Source of the DNA: Candidatus Latescibacterota bacterium
GTDB taxonomy: Bacteria > Latescibacterota > UBA2968 > UBA8231
Assembly: GCA_965261395.1 (NCBI GenBank)
Contig: OZ253462.1
Coordinates: 5,440,001-5,504,000, forward strand
Reading direction: 5' to 3'
DNA: 64,000 bases
A program made the position numbers and the translations under genes. The notes beneath the pieces are model-generated. The model searched no databases. It was not told the DNA's origin and saw nothing but the letters and a program-made list of their open reading frames with translations. The number at the start of each line of letters is the position of its first letter. The first letter of the stretch is position 1. Below, in pieces: positions 19,948-28,858 of the stretch.

Positions 19948-20060
19948 AACTGGAAGCGTTGAAGAGATTTTGTTTCAAATCGCTTCAGCTTGGGTGTATA
20001 CTTAACCTTCGCAACCCTTGAACTGCACACTTGTATTGGTGACGCAGCAAGGAGGACGTT
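19948..20060 (+). repeat. Repeated intergenic spacer (copy A) with TATACT -10-like box and AAGGAGG RBS
   Basis: Near-identical to 22227-22337 and 24489-24600. Confidence 0.9.
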
Positions 20061-22226
20061 ATGGCAGGCATAGTGTTGCTGTGTTTTTGCGGCGTCTTGT
20101 TCGGTGCTGTGCCCGTGTTGGGGGGGACGGAATACCGTATAGGCGGGATCGATGGCAACCCCTGGCAGGCTATCCTAGGCGGGGAAAGTGCCTACCAAGC
20201 TTTTGCTGCTGACGGCGAAGTGGAGCGCCAAGTATCAGTGGGGGTTTCGCCCTTTGGGGCCGGGGCCGATACCTTGATCGACTTTTCCGGCACCACGATC
20301 CAACCCCGGCTCATTGACCCCAGCGTCAATATCGCCCGGGCCGATGTCGAAGCCGGCAGAACCACCATCCCCTTGCCCTATATCCCCGGCTCCAGAGTCC
20401 TCAGCACGGATCACTGTATTGCTTGGGGCAATTTTCAACCCTCGATCAAGCTAATGCTGGACGGCGATCCAACTACGGCCGCCTTTCGCACGTTTGTCCA
20501 GCGAGTCGGCTCGCCGCCGGGCGTGGGCTATACCTGGACCAATTCCGTGGTATTCGATTTTGGTGCTAGTGTGCCGATCAACCGCATCCGCTTCTTCCCC
20601 CGCCTGAGCCGGAGAGAGGATCACCAGTTAGTCGAGACTATGGACGCGCCCACGCCGGAGGTGGAGACCTTTGGCGAAGACAGCTTCCTGGCCAACTTCC
20701 TCGCTTGGTATGAAATCCGCACTGGCGATAACTCGGTCGTCTTTGCCCCGGACCCCTGCAGCGGTAGCGGCAGCCTCACCTGCAGCGTGTGTAGAGCGGG
20801 GATTTCCAGCGATGTAGCGACGAGCAAACGGCGCACCGTCTTAGGCGACTTGCGGTGGGTGCGCAATGGCGATCCGCTGCTGACGGTGCTGGAATCCACC
20901 CGCGAAAACCTCGACCCCATCGTCGATATGCGCTTTCCCACCCGCTCGACCCGCTGGCTCACGCTGCGCACCTTCCCCCTGCGCGACTATGAAATCGCCG
21001 AATTCGAAATCTACGGTGAAGGCTATGTCCCCGAGACCACCTACCTCACCCCCATCCTCGACTTCGGCCAAGCCGTTACCTGGGGCAAAATCCGCTGGGA
21101 AGGCGAAGTGCCCGCCGGCACCCGCATCGAGATTCGTACCCGCACCGGCCACACCCCCGACCCGCTGCTCTACTTCGCGCCCAATATCAACGACGAGCTT
21201 ATACCCATCACTCGCGCCCAATACGACGCAATCGACAGATCCGCTCAACTGCTGCCCACCTACGACGCCGACCACTGGAGCTTCTGGTCGTCGCCCTACG
21301 AGTTTGCCGCCGGCCAGCGCAACTCCGACCAGCCAGCTAGCGCCTGGCACGACGGGATCCTGCTGTTGTCGCCCGGCCCTAGCCGCTACATCCAAATCGC
21401 CATCAAGCTTTTTGCCGACTTCAACGTGGCACCCCGCCTCGACCAACTCACCTTGCAGTTGAGTGAAACCCTGTCGGCGCAGGCGCTCGTCGGCGAGATC
21501 TGGCCGATTGAGGTCGCCTCCTTTGAACCGATCCCCTTTACCTATGTGGTCTTGCCCACCCTCAGCGACGACAACGCCGGCTTCGACCGCTTGGAAATCC
21601 TCACCCATGTCCGGGTTCACGCGGTGCGCGCGGTGCGCATCGATGGCCAGCCAGTAGGCCTAGACCAGTTCGTCCCACAATTACTCGACGATCGCCTCAT
21701 CGTGTCCTTCCCACCGCTGACCGGCACCGCTGACAACTTCAAGCAGGTCGAGGTCGACTTCGACGTGCCGGTGTTGCGCTTTGGCACTGAGTTCAGCGGG
21801 TGGGTGTTCAGCAGCACCGATCCCGATCAGATCCGGCAGCGCATCGATCCGGGCAACGCCACGTTCCGCTTTGCTGGCGATTTGCTGGCGGTCAACACGC
21901 CGGTGGGCGGTGATCTGCTGGTGGATGTGCGAGTACCCCAGGTGTTCACTCCCAATGGCGACGGGATCAACGAGACCTTGCCTATCGCCTACAAGCTGCG
22001 CGAGGTCACCGCCGACCGAGCCGTGCAGGTGCGCATCTACGACTTGGCCGGTCGGCTGGTGGCGCACCTACCCGTGTTCAAGGCACGCAGCGGGGTCTTT
22101 GTCCAGCACTGGAACGGCCGCGACGAGCAGGACGCCTTGGTTCAGCCCGGCACCTATATCTACGAATTGACCCTTGATTCCGAGGAGCAATACACCCAAC
22201 AAGGCGTCTTTGCCGTCGCCTATTGA
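20061..22226 (+). CDS. Tandem array copy 2
   Basis: Highly similar to copies 1, 3 and 4; extra CxxC in the variable loop. Confidence 0.9.
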   Translation: MAGIVLLCFCGVLFGAVPVLGGTEYRIGGIDGNPWQAILGGESAYQAFAADGEVERQVSVGVSPFGAGADTLIDFSGTTIQPRLIDPSVNIARADVEAGRTTIPLPYIPGSRVLSTDHCIAWGNFQPSIKLMLDGDPTTAAFRTFVQRVGSPPGVGYTWTNSVVFDFGASVPINRIRFFPRLSRREDHQLVETMDAPTPEVETFGEDSFLANFLAWYEIRTGDNSVVFAPDPCSGSGSLTCSVCRAGISSDVATSKRRTVLGDLRWVRNGDPLLTVLESTRENLDPIVDMRFPTRSTRWLTLRTFPLRDYEIAEFEIYGEGYVPETTYLTPILDFGQAVTWGKIRWEGEVPAGTRIEIRTRTGHTPDPLLYFAPNINDELIPITRAQYDAIDRSAQLLPTYDADHWSFWSSPYEFAAGQRNSDQPASAWHDGILLLSPGPSRYIQIAIKLFADFNVAPRLDQLTLQLSETLSAQALVGEIWPIEVASFEPIPFTYVVLPTLSDDNAGFDRLEILTHVRVHAVRAVRIDGQPVGLDQFVPQLLDDRLIVSFPPLTGTADNFKQVEVDFDVPVLRFGTEFSGWVFSSTDPDQIRQRIDPGNATFRFAGDLLAVNTPVGGDLLVDVRVPQVFTPNGDGINETLPIAYKLREVTADRAVQVRIYDLAGRLVAHLPVFKARSGVFVQHWNGRDEQDALVQPGTYIYELTLDSEEQYTQQGVFAVAY

Positions 22227-22337
22227 AACTGGAAGCGTTGAAGAGATTTTGTTTCTAAACGATTAGCTGGGGTGTATACTTAATCTTCGTAACCCTTGAA
22301 TTGCACACTTGTATTGTGAAGCAGCAAGGAGGACGTT
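22227..22337 (+). repeat. Repeated intergenic spacer (copy B)
   Basis: AACTGGAAGCG...GTGTATACTTAA...GCAAGGAGGACGTT. Confidence 0.9.
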
Positions 22338-24488
22338 ATGGCAGGCATCGTGTTGCTGTGTTTTTGCAGCGTCTTGCTGGGTGCTGTGCCTGTGTTGGGG
22401 GGGACGGAATACCGCCTGGGCGGGCCCGATGGCAACCCTTGGCAGGCCGTCCTGGCCGGGGAAAGTGCCTACCAAGCTTTTGCTGCTGACGGCCAAGTTG
22501 AGCGTCAAGTATCGGTGGGGATTGCGCCCTTTGGCACGGGAGCCGATACGCTGGTTGATTTCTCCGGCACAGCCATCCAGCCCCGTTTGATTGACTCCTC
22601 CGTCAATATCGCCCGGGCCGATGTGGACGCCAGCAAGACCCAGATCCCCCTGCCCTATATGCCCGGTTCGAGAGTCCTTACCAATAGTTGCGGTCAGGCG
22701 CAAGGACATGCCAATACGATCAAGCTAATGCTGGACGCCAATCCCGCTACGGCCACCTTCCGCACCTTTGTGCAACGGGTCGGAGGCCGGCCTGGGGATG
22801 GCTTTTCTTGGAGGGGGGCTGTAGTCTTTGATTTTGGCGGCGCGATCCCCATCAATCGCATCCGCTTCTATCCCCGCCTGAGTCAGCGCGAAGACCGCCA
22901 ACTGATCGAATCCCTGCGGGAACCCGCTTCGGATATCGAGCGCTTTGGCGAAGACAGCTTCCTAGCCAATTTCCTCGCTTGGTACGAGATCCGCACCGGC
23001 GATAACTCGGTCGTCTTTGCCCCAGATCCATGCAGCGGCACTGGCCGTAACAGCGCCTACATCTACAACGACGTTGTGGCGACGAGTAAGCGACGCACCG
23101 TCTTGGGCGACTTGCGGTGGGTGCGGAGCGGCGATCCGCTGCTGACGGTGTTGGAATCCACCCACGAAAACCTCGACCCCGTCGTCGATCTACGCTTCCC
23201 CGTCCGCTCGGTCCGCTGGCTCACCCTGCGCGCCTTCCCCCTGCGCGACTATGAAGTCGCCGAATTCGAAATCTACGGCGACGGCTATGTCCCCGAGACG
23301 ACCTACCTCACCCCTATCCTCGACTTCGGACAAGCCGTCACCTGGGGTAAAATACGCTGGGAAGGCGACATGCCCGACGGCACCCGCATCGAGATTCGCA
23401 CCCGCACCGGCCACACCCCCGACCCGCTGCTCTACTTTGCACCCAATATCAACGACGACCTCGTACCCATCACCCACGCCGAACAAGCCAAAATCGATAT
23501 CGCCGCTCAACTGCTGCCCGTCTACGATGCCGACCACTGGAGCTTCTGGTCGTCGCCCTACGACTTTGCCGCCGGACAGCGCAACTCCGACCAGCCGGCC
23601 AACGCCTGGCAGGACGGAATGCTGCTTTTGTCGCCCGGTCCCAGCCGCTATATCCAAATCGCCATCAAGCTCTTTGCCAACTTCAACGTGGCACCTCGCA
23701 TCGACCAACTCACCTTGCAGTTGAGCGAAACCCTGTCGGCGCAGGCGCTCGTCGGTGAGATCTGGCCGATTGAGGTCGCCTCCTTTGAACCCACTCCCTT
23801 TACGTATGTGGTTTTGCCCACCCTCAGCGACGACAACGCCGGCTTTGACCGCTTGGAAATCTTCACTCACGTCCAAGCGCACGCGGTGCGCTCGGTGCGC
23901 ATCGACGGCCAGCCCGTCGACCTAAACCAGTTCGTCCCCCACCTGCTCGACGATCGCCTCATCGTGTCCTTTCCGCCGCTGACCGGCAGCGCCGACAGCT
24001 TCAAGCAGGTCGAGGTCGACTTCGACGTGCCAGTGCTGCGCTTTGGCACCGAGTTCAGCGGGTGGGTGTTCAGCAGCACGGATCCCGATCAGATCCGGCA
24101 GCGCATCGATCCAGGCAACGCCACGTTCCGCTTTGCCGGCGACTTGCTGGCCGTCAGCACGCCGGTAGGGGGCGACCTATTGGTGGATGTGCAGGTGCCT
24201 CAGATGTTCACGCCCAATGGCGATAGGATCAACGAGACTTTGACCATCACCTACAAGCTGCGCGAGGTCACGGCTGATCGACCGGTGCAGGTGCGCATCT
24301 ACGACTTGGCGGGTCGGCTGGTGGCGCACCTACCCGTGTCCAACGCCCGCAGCGGGGTCTTTGTCCAGGAGTGGAACGGCCGCGACGAGCAGGACGCCTT
24401 GGTTCAGCCCGGCACCTATATCTACGAATTGACCCTTGATTCCGAAGAGCAATACACCCAACAAGGCGTCTTTGCCGTCGCCTATTGA
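22338..24488 (+). CDS. Tandem array copy 3 (chimeric)
   Basis: N-terminus like copies 2/4, body like copy 1. Confidence 0.9.
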   Translation: MAGIVLLCFCSVLLGAVPVLGGTEYRLGGPDGNPWQAVLAGESAYQAFAADGQVERQVSVGIAPFGTGADTLVDFSGTAIQPRLIDSSVNIARADVDASKTQIPLPYMPGSRVLTNSCGQAQGHANTIKLMLDANPATATFRTFVQRVGGRPGDGFSWRGAVVFDFGGAIPINRIRFYPRLSQREDRQLIESLREPASDIERFGEDSFLANFLAWYEIRTGDNSVVFAPDPCSGTGRNSAYIYNDVVATSKRRTVLGDLRWVRSGDPLLTVLESTHENLDPVVDLRFPVRSVRWLTLRAFPLRDYEVAEFEIYGDGYVPETTYLTPILDFGQAVTWGKIRWEGDMPDGTRIEIRTRTGHTPDPLLYFAPNINDDLVPITHAEQAKIDIAAQLLPVYDADHWSFWSSPYDFAAGQRNSDQPANAWQDGMLLLSPGPSRYIQIAIKLFANFNVAPRIDQLTLQLSETLSAQALVGEIWPIEVASFEPTPFTYVVLPTLSDDNAGFDRLEIFTHVQAHAVRSVRIDGQPVDLNQFVPHLLDDRLIVSFPPLTGSADSFKQVEVDFDVPVLRFGTEFSGWVFSSTDPDQIRQRIDPGNATFRFAGDLLAVSTPVGGDLLVDVQVPQMFTPNGDRINETLTITYKLREVTADRPVQVRIYDLAGRLVAHLPVSNARSGVFVQEWNGRDEQDALVQPGTYIYELTLDSEEQYTQQGVFAVAY

Positions 24489-24600
24489 AACTGGAAGCGT
24501 GGAAGAAATTTTGTTTCTAAACGATTAGCTGGGGTGTATACTTAATCTTCGTAACCCTTGAATTGCACACTTGTATTGGTGAAGCAGCAAGGAGGACGTT
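24489..24600 (+). repeat. Repeated intergenic spacer (copy C)
   Basis: Near-identical to copy B. Confidence 0.9.
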
Positions 24601-26757
24601 ATGGCAGGCATCGTGTTGCTGTGTTTTTGCGGCGTCTTGTTGGGTGCTGTGCCCGTGTTGGGAGGAACGGAATACCGTCTAGGCGGGATCGGTGGCAACC
24701 CTTGGCAGGTCCTCCTGGCCGGGGAAAGCGCCTACCAAGCCTTTGCTGCTGACGGCGAAGTGGAGCGCCAAGTATCCGTGGGGATTGCGCCCTTGGGGGC
24801 CGGGGCCGATACCCTGATCGACTTTTCTGGCACCTCAATTCAGCCTCGGCTCATTGACCCCAGCGTCAATATCGCCCGGGCCGATGTCGAAGCCGGTAGG
24901 GCGACCATCCCCTTGCCCTATATCCCCGGCTCTAGGGTACTCAACAACAATAGTTGCTGGTCCTGGGGCAATATGCAACCCTCGATCAAGCTAATGCTGG
25001 ACGGCGATCCGACCACGGCCGCCTTTCGCACCTTTGTCCAACGGGTCGGCTCGCCGCCGGGCGTGGGCTATGGCTGGGGCAATTCCGTGATATTCGATTT
25101 TGGAACTGGTGTGCCGATCAACCGCATCCGCTTCTATCCCCGCCTGAGCCGCCGGGAAGACCGCCCGTTAATCGAGACCATGCGCCCTCCCACCCCCGCC
25201 GTCGAAACCTTTGGCCAAGACAGCTTCCTCGACAATTTCCTCGCCTGGTACGAGATCCGCAGCGGCGATAATTCGATTGTCTTTGCCAATGACTCATGCA
25301 ATGCCAACGACTACGGCAGCGGCGGAGATCGCAATATCAACGTTGTGGCCACCAGCAAGCGGCGCACAGTCCTAGGCGACTTGACCTGGGTGCGCAATGG
25401 CGACCCCAGACTGACGGTGCTAAAAACCACCCGCGAAAACCTCGACCCGGTCGTCGATCTGCGCTTCCCCGTCCGCTCGACCCGCTGGCTCACCCTGCGC
25501 GCCTTCCCCCTGCGCGACTATGAAGTCGCCGAATTCGAAATCTACGGCGACGGCTACGTCCAAGAGGCCACCTACCTCACCCCCATCCTCGACTTCGGAC
25601 AAGCCGTCACCTGGGGCAAAATACGCTGGGAAGGTGAGGTGCCCGACGGCACCCGCATCGAAATCCGCACCCGCACCGGCCACACCCCCGATCCACTGCT
25701 CTACTTCGCCCCCAATACCAACGACGACCTCGTATCCATCACCCGCGCCCAATACGACGCAATCGATATCGCTGTTCAATTACTTCCCATCTACGATGCC
25801 GACCACTGGAGCTTCTGGTCGTCGCCCTACGAGTTTGCCGCCGGTCAACGCAATCCCAATCAGCCGGCCAGCGACTGGCACGACGGGATCCTGCTGTTGT
25901 CGCCCGGCCCCAGCCGCTACATCCAAATAGCCATCAAGCTCTTCGCCGACTTCCATGTGGCACCCCGCCTCGACCAACTCACCCTGCAGTTGAGTGAAAC
26001 CCTGTCGGCGCAGGCGCTCGTCGGCGAGATCTGGCCGATTGAGGTCGCCTCCTTTGAACCCACCCCCTTTACCTATGTGGTTCTGCCCACCCTCAGCGAC
26101 GACAACGCCGGCTTCGACCGCTTGGAAATCCTCACCCACGTCCGGGCGCACGGCGTGCGCGCGGTGCGCATCGATGGCCAGCCAGTAGGCCTAGACCAGT
26201 TCGTCCCGCAATTACTCGACGATCGCCTGATCGTGTCCTTCCCACCGCTGACCGGCACCGCCGACAACTTCAAGCAGGTCGAGGTCGACTTCGACGTGCC
26301 GGTGTTGCGCTTTGGCACTGAGTTCAGCGGGTGGGTGTTCAGCAGCACCGATCCCGACCAGATCCGGCAGCGCATCGATCCAGGCAACGCCACGTTCCGC
26401 TTTGCCGGCGACTTGCTGGCCGTCAACACGCCGGTGGGGGGCGACTTGCTGGTAGATGTGGAGGTGCCTGAGGTGTTCACCCCCAACGGCGACGGGATCA
26501 ACGAGACCTTGCCCATCGCCTACAAACTGCGCGAAGTCACGGCTGACCGGCCGGTGCAGGTGCGCATCTACGACTTGGCGGGTCGGCTGGTGGCGCACCT
26601 ACCCGTGTTCAACGCCCGCAGCGGGGTCTTCATCCAAGAGTGGGATGGCCGCGACGAGCAGGACGCCTTGGTTCAGCCCGGCACCTATATCTACGAATTG
26701 ACCCTTGATTCCGAGGAGCAATACACCCAACAAGGCGTCTTTGCCGTCGCTTACTAG
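24601..26757 (+). CDS. Tandem array copy 4
   Basis: Closest to copy 2; ends GCTTACTAG rather than GCCTATTGA. Confidence 0.9.
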   Translation: MAGIVLLCFCGVLLGAVPVLGGTEYRLGGIGGNPWQVLLAGESAYQAFAADGEVERQVSVGIAPLGAGADTLIDFSGTSIQPRLIDPSVNIARADVEAGRATIPLPYIPGSRVLNNNSCWSWGNMQPSIKLMLDGDPTTAAFRTFVQRVGSPPGVGYGWGNSVIFDFGTGVPINRIRFYPRLSRREDRPLIETMRPPTPAVETFGQDSFLDNFLAWYEIRSGDNSIVFANDSCNANDYGSGGDRNINVVATSKRRTVLGDLTWVRNGDPRLTVLKTTRENLDPVVDLRFPVRSTRWLTLRAFPLRDYEVAEFEIYGDGYVQEATYLTPILDFGQAVTWGKIRWEGEVPDGTRIEIRTRTGHTPDPLLYFAPNTNDDLVSITRAQYDAIDIAVQLLPIYDADHWSFWSSPYEFAAGQRNPNQPASDWHDGILLLSPGPSRYIQIAIKLFADFHVAPRLDQLTLQLSETLSAQALVGEIWPIEVASFEPTPFTYVVLPTLSDDNAGFDRLEILTHVRAHGVRAVRIDGQPVGLDQFVPQLLDDRLIVSFPPLTGTADNFKQVEVDFDVPVLRFGTEFSGWVFSSTDPDQIRQRIDPGNATFRFAGDLLAVNTPVGGDLLVDVEVPEVFTPNGDGINETLPIAYKLREVTADRPVQVRIYDLAGRLVAHLPVFNARSGVFIQEWDGRDEQDALVQPGTYIYELTLDSEEQYTQQGVFAVAY

Positions 26758-26848
26758 TCCCGCGTCCCAGCCATAAAGAGTAGAATTCTGGCGCTGAGGC
26801 TCTCGGCTCAGATTGCAAGAATAGAACACGCCCAACGATCTCTCAGGT

Positions 26849-28858
26849 CTATCGCCCCTGCAATCGCGCCAACGCGCGCTGGGCTTTGGCGTACTCAGGG
26901 GCCAAGCTCAGGGTCAGGCGGTAGAACTCGGCCGCCTTGTCGAATCGGCCCAAGTCGTGGTAGGCCGCCCCCAAATTAAAGGCGATCAAGTGATTGCCGG
27001 GCGCGGCTTTTAACGCTATGGCAAAATAATCAACCGCCCGCTCCAACGCCCCTTGCCGGACCTCGATCAAGCCCAGCTCATTGGCCGCCTGCGCCCGCAC
27101 CTTTTCCCCGCTTAGCGCCGCTTCAAAGGCTTCCTGGGTCCGCTCTGTTGCCCCCATTCTCTTATAAACCCTCCCCAGCGCCAGAAAAACCGCCGCGTCG
27201 GCCTTTTTTGCCAAAACTCGGCGGTAGTGCTCCACCGCTTGCTCGTATCGTCCCGTGGCCCGGTACAGAGCCGCCAAGTTGAGGTGCAATCCCCGATCGT
27301 CGGGCGCTTGCGCCAAGGCCTGCCGATAAACTGCCTCGGCTTCGTCGTAGCGCCTTAGCGCCACCAGCGCCGCACCCAGATTATGGTGGGCTCGCAGGTA
27401 ATTTGGATCGAGCTGCACTGCGGTCCTAAAGGAGCGCGCCGCAATCGCGTACTGCCCCCGTTGGGCTTGGACGCGCCCCAGATCAAAGTGTACTTCCGCG
27501 TCGGCCAAAGAGTCGGCCGGCCGCAGGCCAGCGTTGGCAGCTATCCCCAGCAAAACGACAAAAGCCAAGCCGATCCCCAAGGGACGCCACTGCCGGTCCT
27601 GCCCCTGCTGCACCAGCCAGACTAGGGCGTACCCGGCAAATAGTAGCAGCAGCGGCACTAGGGGCAGGCGATAGCGGCCGGTGATAAAAAAGAGCAGCAG
27701 CGAGGCGCTGTACGCGCCGGTGCAGAGCAGCAGTAAACCCGCCTGAGGCCGGTGTCGCCAAGCCAGCACCATGCCCACAGCGGCTAAAGGTCCCAGCAGT
27801 CCAAAAGGAAAGGCGAAGTGATGGATTTTCCACAGCAAGACGCTCATCAGCCAAGAATAGATGCGGGCGAAGTACACGTCTTGGTTGCGCTTGATTTCCT
27901 CTCCTCGCGCCAACAAGAACGCCTTGTACCCCAACAACCGCACAAAATCCCCGGGCGCACCGGCGATCCAGTCGCTAGCTTGCCGGTAGAAGTAGGCCGA
28001 GCGCTCGGCGTACCCCACTTGACCCGCGGCCAGCGGCTGCTCCATTAAGGCCTCCCATTCCGGCCCTGGGCGGATCCCTACCAGACGGTTGTAATCGGGA
28101 TGGTTGCCCAAGTAGAAATTCACTCCGCCGTTCCAGGACAAGGGGATGAACTCGCCGCTGACCGCCCAATTCCTCGCCGTCACTACGCCAACCACTGAGC
28201 AGGCGGTCGCCGCAAAAAGCAGGCACCAGACCAGCTTGCTCCGCGCTACTCGCTCAGCACTCCTCCAGTACCATAGACAGGCGCAAGGAGCCAACAGGGC
28301 CGCATTGGGCACGGCGACTATGGCCAAGCCTTGGACGAGGCCCGAGACTAGAGCCTGTCCCCATCCCCGGCCGGGCTGGAGCAGGACAAAGAGCAACAGG
28401 AGATTGAGGAAAACGGCCAGCGCAGTGGGCAGCAGCTCGCCGGCAAAATAGATGGAAGGTCCGTATAAACAGGCCATGATTCCAGCGAGGAGACCAACTC
28501 GGGTGCCAAACACCTGCCGGCCGATGCCAAAGACCAAGGCACAAGAGGCCGCTGCCAAGAGGAACTGGACAAGTCGGGGCGTCCAGAACAAGTCGCCGGA
28601 AACGGCGTAGATCAAGGCGAGAAAATAGGGGTATAGAGGCGGCTGCCAAAAGGGCTTGTCCCCCACCCAGGACACCTCGGCGAGCTGCCGCGCCTGAGCC
28701 ACATAGGAGTGGGCATCCACTACCGGTGCCGAGAAAAAGGGATTGTCTTGACTGTGCCCCAAATAGACCAGACGCACGACCAACGCCAAAAGAAAAAGAC
28801 CACCTGCGACCTTCAATTCGCGTCGGCTCATCGAGGCGGCCGAGGGCGGGTTATTCAT
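26849..28858 (-). CDS. GT-C (PMT/ArnT, GT39-like) membrane glycosyltransferase with C-terminal TPRs
   Basis: VDAHSY loop, QPPLYPYFLA, NGGVNFYLGN, GRYRLPL, multiple TMs then TPRs; 8-bp overlap with the upstream gene. Confidence 0.8.
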   Translation of the reverse strand: MNNPPSAASMSRRELKVAGGLFLLALVVRLVYLGHSQDNPFFSAPVVDAHSYVAQARQLAEVSWVGDKPFWQPPLYPYFLALIYAVSGDLFWTPRLVQFLLAAASCALVFGIGRQVFGTRVGLLAGIMACLYGPSIYFAGELLPTALAVFLNLLLLFVLLQPGRGWGQALVSGLVQGLAIVAVPNAALLAPCACLWYWRSAERVARSKLVWCLLFAATACSVVGVVTARNWAVSGEFIPLSWNGGVNFYLGNHPDYNRLVGIRPGPEWEALMEQPLAAGQVGYAERSAYFYRQASDWIAGAPGDFVRLLGYKAFLLARGEEIKRNQDVYFARIYSWLMSVLLWKIHHFAFPFGLLGPLAAVGMVLAWRHRPQAGLLLLCTGAYSASLLLFFITGRYRLPLVPLLLLFAGYALVWLVQQGQDRQWRPLGIGLAFVVLLGIAANAGLRPADSLADAEVHFDLGRVQAQRGQYAIAARSFRTAVQLDPNYLRAHHNLGAALVALRRYDEAEAVYRQALAQAPDDRGLHLNLAALYRATGRYEQAVEHYRRVLAKKADAAVFLALGRVYKRMGATERTQEAFEAALSGEKVRAQAANELGLIEVRQGALERAVDYFAIALKAAPGNHLIAFNLGAAYHDLGRFDKAAEFYRLTLSLAPEYAKAQRALARLQGR

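Noticed and set aside
19948-24600. Integron attC sites between array genes
   Set aside because: Spacers lack the inverted RYYYAAC/GTTRRRY core pairing, no integrase is seen, and the genes are paralogs rather than unrelated cassettes.
18623-25930. Repeated Pro/Ser/Thr-rich ORFs (MKSPNSKST...) and antisense ORFs in the array
   Set aside because: Alternative-frame shadows of high-GC coding sequence that recur only because the genes are duplicated.
17788-26757. Diversity-generating retroelement as the source of variation
   Set aside because: No reverse transcriptase or template repeat in the window; differences include indels and non-adenine changes, and lie N-terminally. A remote DGR cannot be excluded.
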